A DNA stretch of 64,000 bases, from assembly GCA_031274555.1 (NCBI GenBank), contig JAISPZ010000066.1, positions 18,020 to 82,019 on the forward strand, read 5' to 3'. This document shows positions 56,316-64,000 of this stretch, piece by piece. Position numbers and translations under genes: made by a program. Each line of letters starts with the position of its first letter. Positions within the stretch are counted from its first letter, which is position 1. The notes below the pieces were generated by a model. It had not been told where the DNA came from. It was given only the letters and a program-made list of their open reading frames with translations, and searched no databases. The stretch comes from Bacteroidales bacterium (GTDB taxonomy: Bacteria; Bacteroidota; Bacteroidia; Bacteroidales; P3).

Positions 56316-56375
56316 ATTATCTGTTTTTTTCGACTTAGTTAGGTTTTTCGGCTTTTCTGTTTTTCGGTTGAACTG

Positions 56376-56383
56376 CAAAGATA
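56376..56383 (-). promoter_or_regulatory. -7 box TATCTTTG (minus strand) upstream of the PPIase
   Basis: Forward sequence caaagata. About 60 nt upstream of the ATG at 56315. Confidence 0.5.
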
Positions 56384-56497
56384 AGCGTTTTTGGGCATAA
56401 TCGGATTACCTTTCAGGGCAAACGCATTAAATTCGCAGGTCATGCCGAAATACATCTACTATATGGCGAATATCAATCAACAAAGCAGAAAGATAGG

Positions 56498-58246
56498 TTA
56501 ATAAAATTCCTGTCCTGTCAAAAATTGTTTGCCAGCCTCTGTAATCACATATTTTTGATTGGAAGCTGTTGGTTTGTCGGGATTGGTTTTCCTAATAAGA
56601 CCAACTGTTTCCAAAGGTTTGAGGTAATTCTGTCGAAATTTCCCCTTATCTCTATAATCAAAAACATCTATTAAATCATCTATCGAAAGAGGTGTGCCTA
56701 AAACAAATAAAATCACAAGTAAATATTGAAGCCTTTTGTTTGGCAACTTGGTGCCTTTTTCGGCTGGACTTGGTGCCAAGTTAGTCAGTTTTTCATTTTG
56801 ATTTAGCCGCTCGTCATTACTATTAAGTTTATTTTCAATAGTATAGTAATTTTCGGGATTGGTCCCTTTTTTACCCAAACTTAGTCGCAACTTAGTGCCA
56901 TTTTTCATCCAACTTGATGTCAAACAGGAAATCTGTTCTTCCCAATTCATAGTATGAAGTTGTCCGTCTATCTCAATATTTTTCAGTGATTCCGACAGTT
57001 TCGGTCTCCATTTTTCGTCTAATTCCAACCACTTAAACCATTCATTGGTAAAGTCTGCCATTGTGTGCCGTACCAATGGAATGACGGTTCGGAACAGAAG
57101 CGCATCAATAAAAATCGGCGTTGCATTTTCGACATAAAACGGCAGATATTTTTTCGTGTTCCTGATACCAGACCCAATTTCGTCCGCCCAACCCAGAGCG
57201 GTAAAAAAACGACGAAGATTTGGATTTTTGGGGTGCGGATTGAAATTCTCCAAATCCATTACGCCGTTAAACCACGGATTGTTCGGGTTCAGTGTTCTGA
57301 CTGCATCTTCCTCAATAATCAATTCGGTTGCAGTACCATCGGTATATTCACGGTGGCAAATAATATTGCTAATTACCTCACGAAAAATCTTATCACGCAA
57401 GTCTATACGCTGGTCGCCTTCCATAAAGAATTTGTCAGGCAAATGCCTGTTTATAAATTCTTTTAGTTGCAAATAAGTATCTATTAAATTGGTGCGTAAA
57501 GTCAAACGGTCGTCCCATCGGTCTTTGTTTCTGATGCGCACCATTGCTTCCACTTTGTAAGCAGGAAGCAGGTTTTGAATAGTCAGGTCTTTGCCAAAAA
57601 GCAGTGCGGCTGCCAAAGTAAAACCCTCTTTGTTTTGTTCGTAATCGTTCCAATACAGTACCGCATCGCGAAGCATCTGCATATTATCAACCGTTAGCCA
57701 CGGGTGATCGTTACGGTTACTTCGGATTAAGTTTCGTGCTTTGTCGAACAGCGATCCGTCCAAGTCCGACATTTTCAGCCCTGGATAGATATGCGTTTCG
57801 GTATAAATCATTCCTTTTTTCAGGAAAAGTCCTCTAATCTTATGCTGATTATTCGTAACATCAATATCTGTTTCGTATTCGCGGATATACACTCTGCTCG
57901 AATGGTCGTGTACTTGTGAACTTGCAGGCACTTGTATGGATACAATAATTTTGCCCTGATACTCAACAGCCGTTGGGTTAAGATACATCACAGGGTTGAT
58001 GTTTTCAATGGAATTAAGCGCAGTGGCAATATTTTTAAGAAATTGCGTTTTGAGTTCGGGTGCAATGCCTGATATTGTGCCATCGTCATCCACACCCAAA
58101 AGAATAATGCCACCATTCGTGTTGGCGAAACTTACAACTGTTTCGTACAACGATTGAGGCACTTTTTCTTTCGCTTTCTTAAATTCAATGGAAACGCCTT
58201 CGCCCTGATTGATAATTTTTTCTATATCGGATATTGTCATATACAT
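56498..58246 (-). CDS. AlbA_2 (Schlafen-like) domain protein with HATPase_c_4-like middle and C-terminal wHTH
   Basis: 582 aa. N-terminus GEGVSIEFKKAKEKVP...VVSFANTNGGIILLGVDDDG is the AlbA_2 signature. This family is usually annotated as putative DNA-binding / RecG-like ATP-binding protein. Confidence 0.8.
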   Translation of the reverse strand: MYMTISDIEKIINQGEGVSIEFKKAKEKVPQSLYETVVSFANTNGGIILLGVDDDGTISGIAPELKTQFLKNIATALNSIENINPVMYLNPTAVEYQGKIIVSIQVPASSQVHDHSSRVYIREYETDIDVTNNQHKIRGLFLKKGMIYTETHIYPGLKMSDLDGSLFDKARNLIRSNRNDHPWLTVDNMQMLRDAVLYWNDYEQNKEGFTLAAALLFGKDLTIQNLLPAYKVEAMVRIRNKDRWDDRLTLRTNLIDTYLQLKEFINRHLPDKFFMEGDQRIDLRDKIFREVISNIICHREYTDGTATELIIEEDAVRTLNPNNPWFNGVMDLENFNPHPKNPNLRRFFTALGWADEIGSGIRNTKKYLPFYVENATPIFIDALLFRTVIPLVRHTMADFTNEWFKWLELDEKWRPKLSESLKNIEIDGQLHTMNWEEQISCLTSSWMKNGTKLRLSLGKKGTNPENYYTIENKLNSNDERLNQNEKLTNLAPSPAEKGTKLPNKRLQYLLVILFVLGTPLSIDDLIDVFDYRDKGKFRQNYLKPLETVGLIRKTNPDKPTASNQKYVITEAGKQFLTGQEFY

Positions 58247-58481
58247 TATTGTTTATGTAGTTTAAAATCAATCTGTAACGATAATTATTTTGCAGGAGAA
58301 ATTGACACAGTGATATCTAATGACCATAGTTAGCGTATCGAAATAATAACTCACTTATTTACAGATGTCTATAAACTAAATTTTGCCAAATCACAAAATA
58401 TTTCAATATATAATTCGCTGATTATATTTCTTGTATGTTTTATAATGCGCTTGCCCTGTATTAATTCACCATTTACAATTA

Positions 58482-59666
58482 TCACTCGCTTATCTTCCAA
58501 TAGCCATTTTTGTCAGCCCCTTTGCGGGAAAGAATACCGAGTGATTTAAGTTTTTTCATATTGTTTTCAGTTGCAGTTGTAGATATGTTGAGCAGTTGTG
58601 CAATTTCTACGATTGTAATAGTTGAATTTAATCGAATAATATCTATTATTTTTGATTGGTTTACACCCAACTTTACACCCAACTTTACACCCAACTTTTT
58701 ATCATTTACACCTGTGTTTACACCGTCTTTTACACTGTCTTTTACACCGTCTTTTACACTGTCTTTTATGTTCGGTTTCTTATCATTTACGTCTGTGTTT
58801 ACACTGTCTTTTACACCCAACTTATTTGTATTCGCAAGGGACATTCCTGCATATTTGACATGTAAAAATCGATTTTTCAACACATTGTTTTCTCCAAGAA
58901 GTAAATTGTCAAAGAAGCAATTAAGATATTCTAATGTTGGCTCTATTCCGTCTGCTTGGTCGCGAAAGTTTGCCCTGACAAGCGCATTGCGGAAATACCA
59001 AGAATGTTCGGCAAACATATCATTTTTCACATCGTATCCGAATGAACGAAGGTATTTTATTGTAAATACTGCTGTTGTCCGCGTATTTCCCTCACCAAAA
59101 GCGTGAATTTGCCATATTCCCGAAATAAATTTTGCAATATGCCTGATTGTTTCTGTTTTTGACAATCCTTTGTAGTTAAACGCTTTTTCTTGCGCAAAAT
59201 CGTAATCAAGTGCCTCTCTTAATTCGTATGCGGGAGAATACAAAACCGTTTTGCCGTCGAGCACCCATTCTGATTTGGTTATATTGTAATCGCGGATTTT
59301 CCCTGCAATTTTCGGTGCAACATCGGAAAATAATCTTCTGTGAATAAAGATTAAATGCACGGGACTAAAAGTAAATGTTTTTTCCGACAAAATAGCGGTT
59401 ATATTTGCAGAAACCCTGTCGGCTTCTTCTGTTCTATCATCCGTATCTGTTTGTCGTGCGGTTTGCGTTTTGTAATAAGCATCAATTCTCTTTTTTACCT
59501 CATCAATGGTAATGTCGCCTTCGATATTTTGCTTTGCCTGTTCAATAAGATAAGTAGAGGGTTTCAGCCCATCGACTTGCTGCAAGCCGATAGCCGTTTG
59601 CCAGATACCTGCTTTTTCTATTTTGTTTGGTTCGCCCTGACGGATATATTCTTCAAAGTCGCTCAT
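58482..59666 (-). CDS. Fic/DOC family protein with C-terminal wHTH
   Basis: 394 aa. Fic motif HAFGEGNTRTT (HxFx[DE]GNxRxx). The low-complexity linker KDSVKDGVKDSVKDGVNTGVNDKKLGVKLGVKLGV precedes an HTH-like tail. Confidence 0.88.
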   Translation of the reverse strand: MSDFEEYIRQGEPNKIEKAGIWQTAIGLQQVDGLKPSTYLIEQAKQNIEGDITIDEVKKRIDAYYKTQTARQTDTDDRTEEADRVSANITAILSEKTFTFSPVHLIFIHRRLFSDVAPKIAGKIRDYNITKSEWVLDGKTVLYSPAYELREALDYDFAQEKAFNYKGLSKTETIRHIAKFISGIWQIHAFGEGNTRTTAVFTIKYLRSFGYDVKNDMFAEHSWYFRNALVRANFRDQADGIEPTLEYLNCFFDNLLLGENNVLKNRFLHVKYAGMSLANTNKLGVKDSVNTDVNDKKPNIKDSVKDGVKDSVKDGVNTGVNDKKLGVKLGVKLGVNQSKIIDIIRLNSTITIVEIAQLLNISTTATENNMKKLKSLGILSRKGADKNGYWKISE

Positions 59667-59687
59667 ATCTTTTGATTCTTAGGTTCT

Positions 59688-59695
59688 CAAATTTA
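59688..59695 (-). promoter_or_regulatory. -7 box TAAATTTG (minus strand) upstream of fic
   Basis: Forward sequence caaattta. 22 nt upstream of the fic ATG (59666). Confidence 0.5.
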
Positions 59696-59699
59696 CGCA

Positions 59700-60452
59700 C
59701 TCCCGCATTTAATCTTCTTTTTATTTACTTCTAAGCCTCTCTTAAATCTCTCTTAAATCTCTCTTAATCCTCTCTTAAATTTCTCTTAAAATTTCAGTGA
59801 TTTACAAATAATTACAATAAATTCTCTCTTAATTCTCTCTTAATTCTCTCTTATTCCTCTCTTATTCCTCTCTTATTCCTCTCTTAAATTTCTCTTAAAA
59901 TTTTAGTGATTTACAAATAATTACAATAAATCCTCTCTTAAATCTCTCTTAATCCTCTCTTAAAATCTCTCTTAATCCTCTCTTAAATTTTTTCTACCTT
60001 ACTTCTACCTTACTTCTATTTTACTTCTAAGTTTCTTCTAAAATTTTATTGATTTACACATAATTACAAATAATTTACTTCTATTTTACTTCTAACTTAC
60101 TTCTATTTTACTTCTAACTTACTTCTATTTTACTTCTAACTTACTTCTATTTTACTTCTAACTTACTTCTATTTTACTTCTATTTTACTTCTAAGTTGTT
60201 TCTAAAATTTTATTGATTTACACATGATTACAAATAATTTACTTCTAACTTACTTCTATTTTACTTCTAACTTACTTCTATTTTACTTCTAACTTACTTC
60301 TATTTTACTTCTAAGTTGTTTCTAAAATTTTATTGATTTACACATGATTACAAATAATTTACTTCTAACTTACTTCTATTTTACTTCTATTTTACTTCTA
60401 ACTTACTTCTATTTTACTTCTATTTTACTTCTATTTTACTTCTATTTTACTT
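59700..60452. repeat. 750-bp higher-order repeat: two families of 11-nt tandem units punctuated by conserved about 45-nt units
   Basis: Left half: (cctctcttaaat-like)n runs separated by 2 copies of tttctcttaaaatttYagtgatttacaaataattacaataaat. Right half: (tacttctattt / tacttctaact)n runs separated by 3 copies of aagttRtttctaaaattttattgatttacacaTRattacaaataattt. The array runs directly into the stop codon of the 555-aa gene. Confidence 0.95.
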
Positions 60453-62120
60453 CTATTTTACTTCTAAATCGCCCAATATCCACTCTGGATCTCTATCAGT
60501 TCCTACATTAACAATTCGGTCACTTTGACTAAGTTTAGAAATCAAATTTTTAATCCTATTCTTCTTTTGGTCAATACTCATCCAAGCGGGCAACATATCC
60601 CACAACAGTTTATCAATGTCCTTTCTGCTCAAACTACCATGTTCTTGGATGGATTTCAATATCCAATCAAAATATTGCCGCTTTTCAAAAGCAGTATTCT
60701 TTGAATATTCCGCCTTTTTATCTGTCGCTTGTGCTATCGCCTTGCATACAAAATAGTTTGGTTTCCGTCCTTCTATCAGTTTTTCTTTTCGCAGCATATC
60801 CGCAGAAGTGTCAAGAATAGGTTCTTTCTTCTGAACCTTATCTAATAAAATCACTTTGGAAAGCGATAGGTCGCGCCGTTCAATCAACAATTTAGGATAA
60901 TTCTCATCTATCGTCTGTCCGTACATATACATTATAACTTCGTGTGGGTCAGATAAAATATAGTCTGGCAAAGGAAAAAAACGATTGCGTTGCGATACAT
61001 ACAAACTATGAATTCCATAGCCCAAATGGTCAATCATACCTAAATTAGACATAGCATTTACAAGCCATGGATTTCGGTAACGATTGGGCGTTTTTTCCCC
61101 AAAAGAATACTCTTCTGGTGTCCCTTCAAAGAAATTTCCTGCATTGGTAAAAATTAATTTGTCGATCTTTTCCGTCAAAATAATCCGCGAGCGCAACGAA
61201 TAATCTTGATGTGCAATACAGTTATGAATAGCTTCCAGAATACTTTTCGTATCGTACTTATTAACCGTAGTGGCAAGCAGTTCATGGTCGGGATAAAATC
61301 GGATTTGAACATTTCGTACTCGTTGCATTACCTGTGTCGTAGTCAGCAGAAAAGGTACAGTGAAATGTTCGTATGCTTTTTCCTCAGTATCTAATTTCCA
61401 CGTAATTTCGGCAATAGCAGGCGATAAATAGTGTACTGATTCAGGCTTCCCTAAAAGCAAAAGAGCAGTGTTTGTTATTTTTTGATTGATAGTTATCCTC
61501 GCTTTGTCTAAAAAGGTCGAATCATCCCAAGTATCTATCTGACCGAAATAAGGTACATTGGGATTTTTCTCTTTAAACTTTTCACGAGCAACTTTCAGTG
61601 CTTGTGGTTCTAAATCAACTACGCTCGCTTTTTCGACAACTTTTGCACTCCAATCTTCCTGCGAGTTATAAATAATCCGCATCCAATCGGGATATTTCAA
61701 TAAATCGGTTTTGTTGCTACCTACACGAACAAACGGCTTCTTTTGGAAATTAGTCGGCTCACTTTTTGCAGCGGGAATACGCACAAGGACAATGTGTTTA
61801 TCCTCGTAATCAAACTCAAATATCTCAAAATTAATTTTTGGGTCAAGATAAATTCTCAGCCATAACTCCAAATCTTGATTACCATGTTTAGCGTTAGCAA
61901 AACTAAATGTCGTGCCTTTGATGGCATGAGTTCTGTCCTCTACCCCCCAAACCAAATAGCCGAACGGTTTATTTGCCAAAGTTGCACCATTACTCATGGC
62001 ACTGATGTATTGACCTATCTGCTCATGGTCAATGCCGTTTGATTTAAATTCCAACCATTGTTGCTCTCTCGGTTGAGAACATAAATCGTGTAATAAATTT
62101 ATTAAATCTGTGTTGGTCAT
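60453..62120 (-). CDS. AlbA_2 (Schlafen-like) domain protein, second paralog-class member
   Basis: 555 aa. N-terminus REQQWLEFKSNG...ISAMSNGATLANKPFGYLVWGVEDRT (AlbA_2 pattern). HATPase_c_4-like middle (AIHNCIAHQDY). wHTH-like C-terminus. Confidence 0.8.
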   Translation of the reverse strand: MTNTDLINLLHDLCSQPREQQWLEFKSNGIDHEQIGQYISAMSNGATLANKPFGYLVWGVEDRTHAIKGTTFSFANAKHGNQDLELWLRIYLDPKINFEIFEFDYEDKHIVLVRIPAAKSEPTNFQKKPFVRVGSNKTDLLKYPDWMRIIYNSQEDWSAKVVEKASVVDLEPQALKVAREKFKEKNPNVPYFGQIDTWDDSTFLDKARITINQKITNTALLLLGKPESVHYLSPAIAEITWKLDTEEKAYEHFTVPFLLTTTQVMQRVRNVQIRFYPDHELLATTVNKYDTKSILEAIHNCIAHQDYSLRSRIILTEKIDKLIFTNAGNFFEGTPEEYSFGEKTPNRYRNPWLVNAMSNLGMIDHLGYGIHSLYVSQRNRFFPLPDYILSDPHEVIMYMYGQTIDENYPKLLIERRDLSLSKVILLDKVQKKEPILDTSADMLRKEKLIEGRKPNYFVCKAIAQATDKKAEYSKNTAFEKRQYFDWILKSIQEHGSLSRKDIDKLLWDMLPAWMSIDQKKNRIKNLISKLSQSDRIVNVGTDRDPEWILGDLEVK

Positions 62121-62303
62121 ATTATGTTATATTATTTATCTTTTTAAAAGCGTTCTTGCACAAGTTATTTTTTTCGATTAAACTTCTATTAGGCTCCACT
62201 ATTGGACTCCTCGTTTCAATTCCTATACATCATCATAGTTACATCATACACAATATCACATTTAGCAACGAAATAAACACTACGCTAAATTGGGCTATAT
62301 CCG

Positions 62304-62564
62304 TTACCGCAACGCATCTGCCATTGCCTGTAATTTGTCAGCATCTTTTTTATCAAACAAAAACTCATCCCAATGTCCGTATCTGCAATGATAACCGAAA
62401 ATATACTTTAATCCTGATTTCAATCTCCGCCAAAAACCATGTTCCGTAAGATGAATACATAGATACAATTCCTTATGATCTTCATCGTAATAAACGAATA
62501 TTTGATGTTCATGGCTATGGCATCTACAAATCAATAATTCTGTTTCTTTAAGTTCCTGTTTCAT
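62304..62564 (-). CDS. Small Cys/His-rich hypothetical protein (86 aa)
   Basis: ORF begins 10 nt after the upstream gene's stop. Contains CRCHSHEH, CIH and HCRYGH clusters that suggest metal binding. No family recognised. Confidence 0.55.
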   Translation of the reverse strand: MKQELKETELLICRCHSHEHQIFVYYDEDHKELYLCIHLTEHGFWRRLKSGLKYIFGYHCRYGHWDEFLFDKKDADKLQAMADALR

Positions 62565-62574
62565 ATTTTTTATT

Positions 62575-63621
62575 TTAGTTTTCTTCTTTATAGTATATTT
62601 TATAAAATTTGCGACCGTTTTCGTCAGTGCCTTGCTCTATTAACTCCCGATTGCCGTGTATATAAATATGGAAGTTCTTATCCAATTTAATGACACTCTT
62701 GAATACACGTGCTTGTTTCTTTACCGCACTATCAGAAATTGTGAAATTATCGGCAATTTCCAATTCATGTTCTTGCACGTATGCAGATTTGTATTCGGTG
62801 AAACTTTTTATCACGTCAGGTTGTTCAATTACTTCGTTGGCAAATTCTTCCAAATTGAAATTATCTTTTTCTTTAAAGAATTTTACCGATTTATTCAAAA
62901 GGTCAATCTGGTCTGCTTTGGAAACGTTTTCAAACTGTTGAGGCAATTCGTTTTTGACAAAATCCTTACAAAGGGATAGTACATTCTGCGTATTATAATA
63001 TTCATCCTTACGCTGACGAACGTGCAGAAAATCATCTATCCAATATTGAGCCTCAACGCCCTTATTGGTATTATCAACCACAGCAACAACATATCCTTTT
63101 TCTCGCTCCATATTAAATATCAAACAACCTTTGTCTAATTTATTGATATTAATTCCTTTTTCGCTCTCAATTTCGAAACCATCCCCTGATGGAAAAACTT
63201 TTAGAAAAGTATCCTTATTTTCCGACTTAAATAATCCAACAGCATCCACTGTTTCACCGTCAATAATGCAATCTTTAAAATAGACAGTATAAAACTCTCC
63301 CCCTTTGATTTTGGGATGGGTGCTTTGCTCGTATAAATGTTTGGCAAGATTTACAGATTGTTCCAAAAGAAAATTTGGATTATCAAAAATCTTATTTACG
63401 CAAGCAAATACTTCATTCATATTTATATCAATGTCGTGATAGAAATTGAAATATTCGTTGGATTTTAAAAATGGGGACACGAAATAATAGACTAACGTAC
63501 TCTTATCTATTTTGTTTATTTTCAAACCGTTTTTTGCGGGTTTGAAAAAATCATTATTTATTTTGTTTCCAACAATATGAATTGCAATATTCTCTATTGC
63601 TGAATTTTCACAGTATATCAT
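62575..63621 (-). CDS. Nucleoid-associated protein (NdpA/YejK, NA37-like)
   Basis: 348 aa. The N-terminus IENIAIHIVGNK and the central YWIDDFLHV resemble the NA37 family layout. Its start overlaps the upstream ORF's stop by 4 nt (ATGA). Confidence 0.65.
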   Translation of the reverse strand: MIYCENSAIENIAIHIVGNKINNDFFKPAKNGLKINKIDKSTLVYYFVSPFLKSNEYFNFYHDIDINMNEVFACVNKIFDNPNFLLEQSVNLAKHLYEQSTHPKIKGGEFYTVYFKDCIIDGETVDAVGLFKSENKDTFLKVFPSGDGFEIESEKGININKLDKGCLIFNMEREKGYVVAVVDNTNKGVEAQYWIDDFLHVRQRKDEYYNTQNVLSLCKDFVKNELPQQFENVSKADQIDLLNKSVKFFKEKDNFNLEEFANEVIEQPDVIKSFTEYKSAYVQEHELEIADNFTISDSAVKKQARVFKSVIKLDKNFHIYIHGNRELIEQGTDENGRKFYKIYYKEEN

Positions 63622-63956
63622 TTAACTTTTTTTATTAAAAGGTAGAAAATTTTGATAAAATATATAACATTATATAAAAACCAAATTGAAAGAAAGACAA
63701 ATAAAGCAATTAATATATTTTGAGTTACTTCAGAAAAACAGAATGAATTTACAAAAGAATTTTGTACCCATTTAAAGTTAAAAAAAACCAAAAAATATGA
63801 ATATATTGATAAAACTACAGAAAGAATGACTACGCCTTTATTGAAAGAGATGAACCGTTCAAACAATGTCTTTCTACTTTTCATCCACTTAATAGTTTCG
63901 CTTCCCCCTTGTAAAATAATACCTAAAAATGTAAGTAGAAAACCAAACATACACAT
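63618..63956 (-). CDS. Small multi-pass membrane protein; reading frame remains open to the window end
   Basis: 112 aa from the ATG at 63956, with 3 hydrophobic helices. The same frame has no stop up to position 63998 (SVWSDFIKEVPAIG precedes the Met), so the true start may lie outside the window. Confidence 0.55.
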   Translation of the reverse strand: MCMFGFLLTFLGIILQGGSETIKWMKSRKTLFERFISFNKGVVILSVVLSIYSYFLVFFNFKWVQNSFVNSFCFSEVTQNILIALFVFLSIWFLYNVIYFIKIFYLLIKKVK

Positions 63957-64000
63957 ACCTATAGCGGGAACTTCTTTTATAAAGTCACTCCATACTGATA

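Noticed and set aside
58510-59106. 198-aa plus-strand ORF and the small Leu/His- and Tyr/Thr-rich ORFs antisense to fic
   Set aside because: They are shadow ORFs. The repetitive parts are the linker repeats read on the other strand.
59700-60452. Second CRISPR-like array
   Set aside because: The intervening sequences are themselves repeats (11-mers). There are no unique spacers, and the repeat length and period are not CRISPR-like.

Overview
AT-rich chromosomal segment that looks Bacteroidota/Bacteroidales-like. The signs are TAnnTTTG -7 promoter boxes, type IX secretion (T9SS) cargo proteins with C-terminal sorting domains, and a Rho with a long N-terminal insertion. All family calls come from reading motifs by eye; no database search was run.

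Housekeeping genes recognised: dnaB, dprA, rho, a ferredoxin-korA-korB operon, tadA, cdd, tRNA-Ser(UGA), rseP, lysS, xerD-like, folB, mgsA, pheS, a cyclophilin, and a TolC-HlyD-ABC-2 efflux operon.

Features worth a second look:
1. A Cas12a-type (type V-A) CRISPR array at 8588-9711, with 17 identical 36-nt repeats plus one degenerate repeat. No cas gene lies anywhere in the window. The distal end abuts the 3' half of a tRNA.
2. A minus-strand accessory island at 56.5-64 kb. It holds two AlbA_2/Schlafen-like proteins, a Fic protein, and a tightly coupled operon of a membrane protein, a nucleoid-associated-protein-like protein and a small Cys/His protein. A 750-bp higher-order 11-mer repeat array sits inside the island.
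3. A possible NurA-like/HerA-like gene pair at the left window edge.
4. A PorP/SprF-like gene, a T9SS type-B-CTD-like gene and a signal-peptide-bearing phage-tail-fibre-like gene (9984-13789), followed by a roughly 900-bp tandem segmental duplication.
5. Two giant T9SS surface proteins, with a (CT)19 microsatellite upstream of the 1611-aa one.

Nearly every intergenic region carries tandem or dispersed repeats. These include heptamer arrays (TTCTACA, AATTCGT, GACAATT), 58-74-nt GC-rich tandem units, a GC-rich structured element family with nested insertions, a promoter-proximal dispersed element, and a 20-nt inverted motif. Several conserved proteins carry in-frame low-complexity repeat insertions.
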